Under the pieces are notes generated by a model. The model had not been told where the DNA came from, ran no database searches, and saw nothing but the letters and a program-made list of their open reading frames with translations. The translations under genes and the position numbers were made by a program. Shown piece after piece: positions 25,064-37,662 of a stretch of 64,000 nt of DNA (the first letter of the stretch is position 1; every line of letters starts with the position of its first letter). This stretch comes from Azolla caroliniana (Eukaryota > Plantae > Polypodiophyta), in the NCBI GenBank assembly GCA_043228905.1, contig JBHGNT010000014.1, forward strand, positions 7,812,001-7,876,000, read 5' to 3'.

Positions 25064-26876
25064 TTCCGGTGAGAAATTGGCATTCGGGCAAGAAGAAATA
25101 TTGGTAGTCGGACATCTATGTGGGCCCTACGGCCAAAGACCGTCACCAACCAAGATCGATGTGATTCAAGCTATGAGAGAAGTATGCAAGTCACAATCCG
25201 AAGTCCGAAAGTTTCTTGGAGTATGTGCATTCTATCACATATGGATTCCGCACTATGCACATATTGCAGACCCACTCTATCACTTGTTGCGGAAGGGTAA
25301 GAAGTTCGAATGGAGACCGGAGCATACCAAAGCCATGAAGAAGCTCAAGAAATCACTATGGAGGGCAAAAGCACTAAAGAAGCCGAACTATGACCAACCG
25401 ATCATAGTAACGGTTGACACAAGTCCAACCGGAATCGGATGGGTCATCAATCAAGCCGACCCGGATGGTTCGCAATATCTGATCTGATTCAAAGCAAAGG
25501 TTCTCAACGAAAGGCAACGCGGATATGCACAAGTCAAAAGAGAATTATGGGGAGTCGTGTCAGCAATCAAATCGGATCGAGGTTATTTGATCGGAGCCAA
25601 AGTAGTGATCGAAACGGATTGTCTTCCGATACTCGGGATGATGCGGCGTTGCACGATACCAGATGTGGCTATGCTAAGGTGGATTGCATATGTTAAGTCA
25701 CTTAATCCGGAGGTACGACACATCTCCGGAAAAGACAACGCGGTAGCGGATATGCTATCAAGGGCGCGGTTCGGAGATGACATAACGGAATCCGATAATG
25801 AAGAAGTTTCTGAAGACTACTTTGCTTCAGAGCACATATGCCGGGTGAACGTAATCCGAGAATTCCGGGAAGAAGAATACGAGGGAGAAAGCTTGCTGAT
25901 CGGGAAAGTGCTACAAGAAATCGAGGAATCATCGAACAATAAAGAGAAGAGAGCCGAGATCCGAAGTAAGAAGCAGCAAGTCCGAAAGTTCTTCTTGAAA
26001 AATGGATTAATATGGAGGGAGCCGAAAAGACCGGATGGCATACCACTTCGGGTAGTCGAGACAAAAGAGCAACGAAACCATATAATATCCAACTTTCATG
26101 AATCCGATTGGGCTAGACATCGAGGAACATGGGCAACTTTTGTGAAAATCAAACAAAAATATTGGTGGAAGAACATGTACAAAGATATAACAGAGTTCAC
26201 GGAAAGCTGCGAGAAGTGTCAAATCTACTCCGGAGTTCGACACCGAGATGAGTTGCATCCGACATTCTCACCGACAATCAACTTCAAATGGATGGTCGAT
26301 ATTGTAGCCATGCCAACCGAGATCAGACAAAAGAAGTACTTGGTGTTAGCTCGGGAAGATCTCACAAACCAAGTAGAAGGTCGGGCGCTACGAATGAAAA
26401 CGTGTTCTGCGGTATGCCAATTTCTTTTGGAGGAGGTGTTTTGCAGGTACGGGTGTGTAGGACAAGTGATTGCAGATCGGGGAGAACTCGACTCTGATAA
26501 AGCTAAGGAATTCTTCACTAAACATGGAGTTTGGTTAACACTAACAACAGCATACAATCCGGAGGCCAATGGGAAAATCGAACAAGGACATAGTCCGATC
26601 GTCAAAGCACTTGCCAAAGCATGCGACGGAAGGGTGAAGGATTGGCCGCAGATGCTCCCGTATGCACTATGGGCGAATCGGACGACGCATAGCTCCGTAA
26701 CTGGTTACATGCCGGCAGAAATCATGACCGGACAAGCACAGGTAATGCCAACGGAAACCGCAATCGCGACATGGACAGTGCTACCATGGAAGGAAGAGAT
26801 GAGCCGGGAAGAACTACTAGTGGTCCGGATACGACAACTAGAGGGAAGACCGGAAGACATAGCGGAAGCAATACGC
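25064..26876 (+). pseudogene. pol of B, part 2 (RT end, RNase H, integrase core)
   Basis: ORFs 25020-25487 and 25557-26963. VDTSPTGIG, ETDCLP, WMVDIV and ADRGE. Confidence 0.9.
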
Positions 26877-28254
26877 TGTCGCGAAGATGCGCGTGCGAGC
26901 GTGCTTCGCTTGAGCGGGACCACCGGGGTCTTGGACCAAGGAGGATGTCCGTCAAGGTATTGAGAAGAGGACGATGTGAATGTAAGATTGGAGGAAGACC
27001 TATTACACTTGAGAAGATTGAAGATTGTACACTTGAGAAGTAGATAAATAATTACAAGATAGATGCGAAGAAGAAGAAATAGAAGCTTATATTATTGATG
27101 GTGATGATGATCATGATATCATATTGAGCCCCCCCCTTACACAAGTCGTACTAGGGGTTTTATAGGTTTGTCCATGCACAAAACCATGGGCTTAGAGCCA
27201 TGGTTTCTGTGCACACAGTTTTGCTTTGTGACATGCAGGAAACCATGGGCTTAAAACCGTGGTTTTGTGTACACGGTTTTGTTCATTTGTTTCCTACAGA
27301 ATACTGAATATGAGAAAGAAATATAGAACATCTAAAGCACTTAGTAGTAGCTTTAGTGATAAGGTAATTGCCACTTACCTTAGAGGTGCAAGGTTCAAAT
27401 CCTACTTGCAACCCTCTACATGCACTCAATGCCATTGTGACCTAGGTTTATTTATTTTCATTTTTACAAGTATTCGTGAAATGTGTGTGGATCCTCAATT
27501 TTTGACTTTTTCTCGCACTAGACATGCCACATCACGACATCCACCCCCACCAAACCGCACATCCTCCGGTATGTGCCAAGAAGAAAAGAGTGATGTGGAA
27601 GGGTCAAAGGTGGTTGGTGTTTGATTTCCTCCTTTCTTGCGCCTCGTCCGCACCGTCTTTTTGTCGTCTACTTCGAACTGTCGTTGCCATCCGATCCACC
27701 ATATCATTCGCTCACCTTTTTATTGCCATGTCTAGTTGTCATGGCTCCCTGTGCTCCTCCCGAGCATAACGCTTCATGCCTCATGCATGTGCCACCTTCA
27801 TCTCGGCCATCTCCTTGGTCACTTAACTTTCCTTTATCATCCTTTCTCGTCTCATGCTTGCCTTTCCTTATGCTCAACAGCCTCGACTGGATGTCGCGGC
27901 TCGTTTGCTTCGACCTCTGTCTAGGACGGCTCAACTTCTGTCGGGATCGGTCTCGACCAATCAACTTCTAGCTTGGTTGGCCTTCATTCAGATTCGCATT
28001 CGGCCGAATCGGACTTAGATGATCGACTTTCGTCCGGGTTAGTTTCCGTCCGGTTTTCAGTTGGGTCGGGCCTGGTTGATCAACTTTTGTTCGGGTCGGG
28101 TTCCGTTAGCTCTTCATCGAACTCTATTGTAGCTTTGTTTTTTGTGTCCTTGTTGGCCACCGTTCCTCCGTATGCGCTGGCGTCGACCCTCATCTCCTCG
28201 CCGCCACCTTCCATCTGTCCGGTCTTATGTTCGCTCTCGGGCACAACTGCCATA
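26877..28254 (-). mobile_element. Fragment F: 3' LTR (26877-27539), PPT and a non-pol 3' internal segment of a related family
   Basis: TGTCGCG...CACGACA termini, then the reverse-complement PPT TCCACCCCCACC and the family hairpin. Left TSD ACGC at 26873-26876. Confidence 0.8.
27341..27412 (+). promoter_or_regulatory. tRNA-like cassette in the F LTR U3 (TAGCTTTAGTG ... GGTTCAAATCC), antisense to the element
   Basis: A-box 27348-27358 and B-box 27392-27402. Confidence 0.6.
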
Positions 28255-28744
28255 AAGATCCGTCACTACGTCGCCACTTAATTATGTCGTGAAGATCCGT
28301 CACTACGCGCGGATCGTGAGGCGGAACCGCCGAGGTTCTGGACTGGAAGGATTCAAAGTCGGTACAAGCTTTGGCGCAAGCTTTAGCGAGAAAGTACTTA
28401 AGATAGATTGGGAAAGAGAGAAGTTGAGATCACACGATTGAGAGAGATTGATTGAAGTTTTAACTTTAGATTTAAGAAACAAGTTACACGATTGATTTGA
28501 TAACGAATTTCTTCCTCTTAATTTTCATAAAAAAAACCGTGTCTTTTCTCCTCCCCCTTCCTTCTTTTATAGATGCTCTCATGCATATGATGCATGTGAG
28601 GGTACAAGACATGCATAAATTGCATGTTTGCCATTTGGCGCTTATGTGTTACATGTGGTGCATGATAACCATGTCACTCATTTTAGCTCTCGTGTATGAG
28701 AATTTACATGTAAAAGTACAATGATAGAAATATAATTTCAACTA

Positions 28745-28815
28745 AATAGCATGGCTTAATGGTAAGCCAATTGACTCCTAACTTGGAGGTGCAAGGTTTG
28801 AATCCTTACTTGCCC
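28745..28815 (+). promoter_or_regulatory. tRNA-like cassette in the E LTR U3 (TGGCTTAATGG ... CTCCTAA ... GGTTTGAATCC), antisense to the element
   Basis: A-box 28752-28762 and B-box 28795-28805. Copy at 35726-35796. Confidence 0.62.
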
Positions 28816-28864
28816 TCCTTGTATATGTAAATATGTACATATATTTATATATTTATTTATCTAG

Positions 28865-29055
28865 TCGTCGGACGCCGGTTCGCCGGATGCCGTCGGTTAC
28901 CGGTGCCTCGCCGGATGTCGTCGTCTCACCGCCGCCGGATACCGGTGCTGCCACTGGATGTCGTCGCCGGATGCCGCCGGATACCGCCGGTGCCGTCGTC
29001 GGTTGCCGCCGCCGGATACCGATTTGCCGTCGGATGCCGCCGGATCACCCGGTTT
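28865..29055. repeat. GC-rich CGCCGGAT(A/G)C repeat array in the E LTR (second copy 35846-36065)
   Basis: Direct inspection. The array differs between the two LTRs. Confidence 0.75.
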
Positions 29056-29508
29056 TGGTTGGCCAAAACCCTTTACGAGTAGCTAGCCCACCTCCACTCT
29101 TAGTTCAAGTTACCTTGAACTCTCTATGCTCCACACATAAACACAAAGATAATATCTTTTGCTCTACCTTATATATGATGAGAGCCGTATTTGTCGTGCC
29201 TATGTGGGATATCTCACAATTTTCTCTTTTCCTTTCACAAACTTTATACCCTCATATCTTGACATTTAGTTGTCCGTTTCTCGTGTAATAAAGTGCATTC
29301 GAAACCTCCATCTTTTTGTACTTAGATATTAAATTTATTTAAAATGTTATCTTCACAATTATTGTATTATGTGATTCATACTCGATTTCGTACGTTTTAT
29401 GGGATTTTCACACTATTGCCGAAAATCTTCACGACATCCACCCCCACCAAACTGCACGTCCTCCGGTACGTGCCAAGAAAAGAAGAAGTGAGATTTTGGC
29501 TACAATGA

Positions 29509-32500
29509 TCAATTAGATTCCTCCATGTCTTCATTTTCATCCGGCCTATTATGTTCATCGTCGAGGTAATCGAGGTCAAGATCCTTGTCTTGTCTTTTCT
29601 TGAAAATCTTTACTCTTTTTCCCGCAATGGGTACGGCCAACCTTGATCCGTCTAGTTCCGCAAGGTGGTATGTGGCATTATCGTTGGCACTTGTCACCAC
29701 ATACGGCCCGAACCATCTTCTTGCGAACTTCCTTGTTGTACTGTGTTGATTGTCAAGGGTGCTGTCGTAAACCAAAACCCAATCTCCTTCTTCAATCTTC
29801 TTGGGACGAAGTCGATGCGTGTTGTCGAACCGAACTTTGTTCTTTACTCGGGCTGCCTTCATCATCTTTCGCGCTTTTTCTAAATCTTCAGGTCTTCTTT
29901 CAAGTTGCCTTATCCGCGCTGCTAATAACTCTTCTCGGCTCATCTCGTTCTCCCACGGTATCGCTACCCATGAGGCGATCGTCCTTTCGATGGGCATAAT
30001 CGGCTTTTGTCCATACATAAGCTTCGTCGGCATATACCCTGTCACCGAGCTATGTGTCGTTCTATCGGCCCATAAGGAATAGGGTAATAGTCGTGGCCAA
30101 TTCCCGACTCGACCATTGCATGCCCGTACGATGGCTTTAACGATAGGTCCATGCCCTCGCTCGATCTTCCCATTTGCTTCCGAATTGTAGGCAGTCCTGA
30201 GGGAGAGCTTCACTCCTAGTCTTTCGAAGAGCTCCGTCGCTTCGTGCGCGTCCAACTCCCCTCGGTCGGCCACTATCTTCCCTACACATCCATATCGGCA
30301 AACAACATCTTCAAGTAGAAATTTGCAAACGGCTGAAGTCGTCTTATTTGTCAAGGCTCGTCCTTCCACTTGATTTGTCAAGTCTTCTCTTGCCAGCGCT
30401 AAGTACTTCATTTGTCCCACTCCCATTGGCATCAAGACCAGATCCACCATCCATTTGAAGTGTATGGTGAGTGGGTATGTCGGCTTTAACTCATCACGAT
30501 GACGTATATTTGAATATACTTGGCAAGTTTCGCATGTGGACACGAAATGGAGTACATCTTTGTACATGCTTGGCCACCAGTACTTCTCCTTCAACTTTTC
30601 GAACGTCGCCCATGTTCCTCTATGACCTGCCCAAGCACTCTCGTGGAATTCGGTCATCAGCGTCTCTTGCTCTTCTTTCTTTACCACCACTCGACGTGGT
30701 ATTCCTGTCCTTCTTTTTGGATGTCGCCAAAGGAATCCTCCCTTCAAGAAGTATCGGTAAGCTTTCTTTCGGATTCATAGGGCCTCCTCCTTTGTCAACG
30801 AAGCGTCTGTCGTCAATGTTCTTAGGAATCTACCGATGAGTAACCACTCTCCTTCGTACTCGTTCTCATTGAAGGCGTGGAGGGTTTGCGTGTCCTGGTC
30901 TTCCGCCGACAATCGAGCCATCTTGAAGAAGTCAAGGGCGACATCTTCATCTTTCGAAACCATGTTACTTCCATTTGAAAATCTTGCCCTCGATAGCATG
31001 TCAGCCATGGCGTTCTTCTTCCCTGCAATGTGACGGATCTCTGGGTTTAAAGACTTGATGTAGGCGATCCACCTTAGCATAGCAAGATCTAGGGCCGCAC
31101 ATCCCGAGACCATTCCGAGAATTGGGAGACAATCTGTCTCTATTATCACTTCTGACCCGATCAGGTAATCTTTGTCCGTCTTCACTGCCGACACAATACC
31201 CCAAAGTTCCCGCTTGACTTGGGCATATCTTTGTTGCCGTTCGCTGAGAACCTTTGCTCCGAACCGGACGGCATATCGCGCATTATCTTCAACTTCTTGA
31301 TTGATGACCCACCTAATTCCGGTTGGGCTTGTATCTACGGTCACGTAAATTGGTTTCCCTTCGGCATAGTCGGCCTTCCTTAGTGCCGGAGCTTCAAGAA
31401 GCAATTTCTTTAATCTTCGCATCGCCTTTGTGTGCTCGTCTCGCCATTCGAACTTTATTCTTTTCTTTAGTAGTCCATATAACGGTTCGGCGACATGAGC
31501 GTAGTGAGGAATCCATATATGATAAAACGCGCACGCTCCAAGGAACCTTCGAACCTCCGTTTGGTTTTCGCATTCTTCTTTCATGTCTTCGATTGCGTTC
31601 ACTTTGGATGGCGAGGGCTTCCGGCCGTATGCTCCACACAAGTGACCTACCACCAAGATCTTCGGTTGCCCGAATGCGGATTTTTCTCCCGAAAATGTCA
31701 AATTCGCATCTTCGAGCCTTTGAAGCACCTTTGAAGCACCTTCTCGCAATCTTTCATATGATCCGCAACGAACTTTCTACAACCTTCCTTATCTTTCGAT
31801 TCATATTTCTCCTCATCCGAACATCCTTTTATCGGAATATCATCCAAGAATGGCATCGTGATGTCCGGAATGCAATCCTTCAAGACTTTATTCATGGCAT
31901 TCACCATATGAGCCACCGAGTTCGTTGCGCCTTGGGGTAAGGTACACATCCGCACAAGCCCGATCGGAGTCCTCATGGTTGTAATGTCCCGACTGTCGAT
32001 CGCCAATTGGAATTGGTCATATCCGGAGTAGAGATCGCCAATGGAGTAGATGGACCGGCCCGCAAACGCTTCGGCAAATTCGTCCACACTCGGACCAATT
32101 CCGGCATTTCGAATTGTCACCTTGTTGACGGGTTGAAGATCTTGGATGAATCACAATGATCCATTCTTCTTCGGCACCGTGAACCACCCATTGGAATAAG
32201 GAGCATTCGACGGTTCTAGAATTCCCATACTCACCTTCTCCTTTAAGAGCTCAATCAACTTCGGAAGGTGTGCTCTCGGAACCGGTATCGGTTTCAAATT
32301 CCAAGGCACATGAGGCACCGTGAAGATCACCATCGGCTCTATAACCTTTGGGTCGGCGCATCCGATTTCTCGTGGGAAGAATGCGAAAGCCTTCCCATGT
32401 CTCTCAAGCATATCGCGAAACATTCGCTCCTCTTCAGGGAGAAGGAAATCCTCCTTTCCAACTCGTAGCTTCCCCTTCGTCTCTTTGGTGAAGACATGAC

Positions 32501-33014
32501 CTATCTTCTTTGGATCTCTTAAGCTTGGATCATTAGCGACTTCCTTCATCTTTTGCCAGCTATGTTCCGGTAGCGGAACCGCAACTGGCTTGATCTTCTT
32601 ATCCACCATTTTATATTTCGTGTTGATGTCAGCTTCCTTCATTGAGATGCCACGACGGTATTCATCGATGATAGCGTACATGTTGACGGAGTTAACCGAA
32701 ATCACGCGTTGGTTGTGAAGATAGCTCAAGTCCACGACGTCCTCGATTTCGCCGATGGTGTCGTTAAATGAGGCTTCTTCCATAATATGAGTCACGAACT
32801 CTCCTTCTTCTATAATGTTCTCTTCTTTCAGCATCTTCTCGAATTCTTGCATCCGGCGCTTGTGCTTCTTGTCGGGTAGTACTAGTTTACATGCGCCACT
32901 AGGTGTGACACATGTTGCTTCTCCTTGCAATCCACGCACTCTTCTTTCTTGTGGGGTCTTGTGATTGCTCGGACTATTTGTGCCCCATGCTTCAATAGTC
33001 CGCTCTAAAAATCC
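29509..33014 (-). pseudogene. pol of E (RT-RH-INT)
   Basis: ORFs 32151-32939, 31698-32120, 30775-31749 and 29509-30747. An 11-bp duplication near 31720-31741 shifts the frame. Confidence 0.9.
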
Positions 33015-35204
33015 GAGGATTCGCCTCCGAGACTATCTCGATTCCTTTCATGATTGGCTCACACCGTTAGGAATTGGACCGATCTTTGTTTGTCAAGACT
33101 CTTTATTCGTGCGAAGGCTGCTCCATTATTGAACACTTTGGTCTCCATCTGAGATGATGTGATATAAGGTTGCCCTAGGATGACAGGATGCGACGCCGAT
33201 TCTTGTACAAAGAAGTGTTGATCCATCTCCACATCCCCGATCGTGACTTTGATATTGGGACAAGCTCCGTACAAATCCTCCGTAGACTTTGTTGCCGCGC
33301 GAATCTTCCATCCGTGGTTTGTATTGATTGGCCATCTTCCTTTTTTGTAGAAGTCGGTTGACATGAGGTTGATCTCCGAGTCGTGGTCGATCAAGGCTAC
33401 CACGGTCTCTTTCTTCTCCCCGATCTTCACCGGCGTCTCCGTTGTCGCTCGTGCCCAATGAGGTCGAGTGTAGTGGTTGTCCACCATATCTTCATCAATT
33501 TCGTCTCTTGCCATCATTATGGCATTCGTTTTTGCTTTTTGCGGCTTCTCTTCTTCCTCGTCCGATTGTTGTCTCTTTCTCTTTACAAGGTCCACGATCG
33601 TGTCATGGAACTCCTTCTTGGTAATGCCAAGCAATTCCCTCAAGGACAAAGTTACGTGGCTATCAAGAACTCGTTCTTCGAGAATCTTCTTTAGGTCCGT
33701 CGTCTGCTCTATGTCCGACCTTAGCTTATAGGTAGGTATGGTCCTTGTCCTCCGAGCGGGGTCTTCGACACCAACCTTCACGGGCCGAACCGTTTCTTCA
33801 ACTCGTCGGCTCCCCTTTTCGGCTTGATTCTCGTTCCTCCGTTTGTAAAGGTCGACTCGTCTCCGCATCGTCCTTCTTTTTCGCGTTCCTTGTTTCATGT
33901 CTTTTTGATGGCCCTTGCTCTTCTATTCTCTTTCTCTTTTCTTCGACGAACACCTCGTGGTTGTCGCACATCACCTCTGCGAGTATGGTGTTGTCGTCCA
34001 CTGGATCCGACCACCCGGTTATGCTTTGCACGCTTCGGTCCGCAAGCTCTACCTCGTTTGATGTGATTTTTCCCTTCTTCTCATATTCGAGAACGGAAGT
34101 CCAAAACTTTGCTCCCGCTCTAGCAGCTTCAGTCTTGTCTTTCCCGACTCTTATTCCAGCCGACGCAGCATAGTGCATCGCATCCACATGAGTCGCATCG
34201 GCATCCTCCATAGATTTCTTCATTCCTCCTCTTCCGAAATTCACCCGTAGGGGTCTTCTAGTCTCGCTTGAGCAGATCATGTTGTCCTCTATGTATACGA
34301 TATTTTGTCGAATCGCCTCTCGAAGGCTCGCACAATCCCTTCTCATGTGGTCCATGCTATCGCACCACATGCATCTAAAGGGTTCTTTTCCTTTAGGGCC
34401 CCGACGATTCATGTTGGCTAGCGTGACCTTCTCGAACTTCCTCGCTAGCTCTTCAATGATGTCGTCATCAATCTTCTTTTCTTCCACGTTACTTTGTCTT
34501 GGCGGCTCAGCTACTTTCAGCGGTCTTGCTTTCTCCGTGGTAGTCGGTCCCGTCAAGTCGGTGTCATCAACCCATTGGCGATGCTTGTCGAGCCTATTGC
34601 ATGCCCGCTTCACCGCTATCCAGTCCGCTACGAGCCCATTTGCTTGGGTATCATCTTCGAGAAGAGTCCCCAACTCCCGTCTATCCTTTATGTCCACGGC
34701 CTTCAAGAAGTACAAAGTCTTGTCCTCTTCAAGCAACACTTGGTCCGTATTGGGGAGACGACTAAACATATGGTCGAATTCGTCGTACACCCTCGAGACG
34801 CTCATCTTCTTATTCTTCTTCTCTATCCACTTCATCAGGGCATGTCGAGTCATCCTCGTTGAGTCTTCAGTCACGAACTCCGCTAGTATCGTTTTCTCGA
34901 ACTCGGACCATGTTGCCTTACCTTCTTGAAGCTCGATGACGCGTCTTTGGATGTTGTTGGCGACAACTCTCTTGAAGCTTGCGATTTGACGTGCCTCGGA
35001 CACGTCCCTCTGATTCATCTCCCTTCTATATGCATCAAGGAACTTCGTAACGTTCCTTCCATCGAATTGGCCCTCGAGCTCTACGACACGATCGACAGCC
35101 TTCTCCACGCTCGCGTCGTTGTCCCGAGATCTCATCATTTGCTCGACGATTAGCATCATCCTTTCGAGCTCTCCCGCTTGGTTGCTTGAGGACGCCATCT
35201 CCAA
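33005..35204 (-). pseudogene. gag-protease of E
   Basis: ORFs 33798-35204 and 33059-33898. CMWCDSMDHMRRDC knuckle. Ends G GAT TTT TAG. Confidence 0.88.
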
Positions 35205-36451
35205 GTATTAATCTCGACTTGATCCTTCCTACCGCCTCTTTCACGTCGGGTTCACCACTTAATTATGTCGTGAAGATCCGTCACTACGCGCGGATCGTGA
35301 GGCGGAACCGTCGGGGTTCTGGACTGGAAGGATTCAAAGTCGGTACAAGCTTTGGCGCAAGCTTTAGCGAGAAACTACTTAAGATAGATTGGGAAAGAGA
35401 GAAGTTGAGATCACACGATTGAGAGAGATTGATTGAAGTTTTAACTTTAGATTTAAGAAACAAGTTACAAGATCAATTTGATAACGAATTTCTTCCTCTT
35501 AATTTTCATAAAAAAAACCGTGTCTTTTCTCCTCCCCCTTCCTTCTTTTATAGATGCTCTCATGCATATGATGCATGTGAGGGTACAAGACATGCATAAA
35601 TTGCATGTTTGCCATTTGGCGCTTATGTGTTACATGTGGTGCATGATAACCATGTCACTCATTTTAGCTCTCGTGTATGAGAATTTACATGTAAAAGTAC
35701 AATGATAGAAATATAATTTCAACTAAATAGCATGGCTTAATGGTAAGCCAATTGACTCCTAACTTGGAGGTGCAAGGTTTGAATCCTTACTTGCCCTCCT
35801 TGTATATGTAAATATGTACATATATTTATATATTTATTTATCTAGTCGCCGGACGCCGGTTCGCCGGATGCCATCGGTTACCGGTGCCTCGCCGGATGCC
35901 GTCGTCTCACCAGCGCCGGATACCGGTGCTGCCGCCAAATGCCGTCGCCGGATACCGTCGTCTCACCGGCGCCGGATACCGCCGGTGCTGCGGCCGGATG
36001 CCGTTGCCGGTTGTCGCCGGATACCGGTTTGCCGCGGGATCACCGGCTCCATCGCCGATCCGGTTTTGGTTGGCCAAAACCCTTTACGAGTAGCTAGCCC
36101 ACCTCCACTCTTAGTTCAAGTTACCTTGAACTCTCTATGCTCCACACATAGACACAAAGATAATATCTTTTGCTCTACCTTATATATGATGAGAGCCGTA
36201 TTTGTCGTGCCTATGTGGGATATCTCACAATTTTCTCTTTTCCTTTCACAAACTTTATACCCTCATATCTTGACATTTAGTTGTCCGTTTCTCGTGTAAT
36301 AAAGTGCATTCGAAACCTCCATCTTTTTGTACTTAGATATTAAATTTATTTAAAATGTTATCTTCACAATTATTGTATTATGTGATTCATACTCGATTTC
36401 GTACGTTTTATGGGATTTTCACACTATTGCCGAAAATCTTCACGACAACGC

Positions 36452-36877
36452 CGACAACAAGAAGCGCGATTCCGAAATAAAAGCCGGTTCGACACAAAGC
36501 ACCGACTACGACCGCGGAAGATTGAAGAAGGAGATTGGGTGATTGTCTACGACAGTAGTTTGGATCATCAACATACAACGATGCGGAAGTTCACGAAAAG
36601 GTGGTTCGGGCCATACGAGGTTCGGAAAGTTTTCGACAACTGAACTTACCAACTATGCGAGTTGGATGGAACGATACTACGAGTGCCTATAGCCGGGAAA
36701 CGGGTGAAGATTTTCAAAAAACGGATTGATGAAGAACCCTATGTGATCCTAGATAAGACCGACAAGGAGGAGCAATCAGACGAAGATCGCGGTGATGCGG
36801 AAAGCAAAGAAAGTGGATTACAACTCATAGTCGACTTAAGGGGAGAATCGGAGGAAGCTTCGAATGAAGGTGAATAG
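36452..36877 (+). pseudogene. pol of B, part 3 (integrase C-terminus, GPY)
   Basis: EEGDWVIVYD...WFGPYEV continues from 26876. Confidence 0.85.
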
Positions 36878-37662
36878 CAAGCATCGGGGACTTCGGCACA
36901 TACCGGAGGATGTGCGGGTTCGGAGGGGGCGAGTGTCGTAGTGTGAATCACACACTACGTGAAATATGTAAAACACTATATCTGATTTAGAGTATGTATA
37001 ATAAATAAAAATAATATATTATACGTATAATAAATAAAAATAAAATATTAAAAATATTTATTACGTGGATAGGGCAGGATTCGAACCCTGTACCTTCACG
37101 TAGACAAACCCCAACCTTACTACTATACTAGCATACTATAAATTTTAAAGTTATACTAAACTTTATCCCATGTAAATATTCTAGGTATGCATGGTACAAA
37201 AAGTTATTCATGCATACACACTCGAGTTAAAAGAAAAGATAGGATAGAAAGTTAATCATGCACACGCAGTGTGCATGAAAACTAAAGTAAAGCTAATCAT
37301 GCACATGTAGTGTGCATGAAAACTAAAGTTAGGAAAAGCATGATGCTTGCATGTGATAAACTTAGACTCTTCCAACACTATATAAGGAAGAGAGAAAGAT
37401 GTATAATGTTTGTTGATTTTCTTTAGAAGGATTGATTAATACAAAATATTCATGGGATTCACGATTTTACCATCTAATTCTCTCTTACAATCTAATTGCC
37501 CATTAATACATTATACTCGTGGGATTCACGAGTTTCATATCTTCTTCTTACAATCTCTTCCTAATCAACATTATCTCATATTCTTCTTTCTCCTAGTCCA
37601 AGACCCCAGCGGTTCACACCCGACTCACGCAAACGATCCGGCGCCGAAAGGCACGACAACGG

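Larger units (their letters stand above)
28285..36447 (-). mobile_element. Element E: Gypsy, tRNA-Trp primed. LTRs 28285-29436 (3') and 35266-36447 (5')
   Basis: Near-identical LTRs. PBS (reverse complement) TCACGTCGGGTTCACCA at 35241-35257. PPT from 29437. Right TSD ACGC at 36448-36451. Confidence 0.93.
4296..37658 (+). mobile_element. Element B: Gypsy, tRNA-Trp primed. LTRs 4296-5046 and 36934-37658, inserted in the protease of A
   Basis: Matching LTRs. TSD GCGG/ACGG. PBS TGGTGAACCCGACGTGA at 5051-5067. PPT GGAGGGGGCGAG before 36934. Removing B restores ITAVRMET in A. Confidence 0.92.

Noticed and set aside
28833-29288. Pro/Arg-rich ORFs duplicated at 35814-36299
   Set aside because: Read-through of the GC-rich repeat array in the E LTR.
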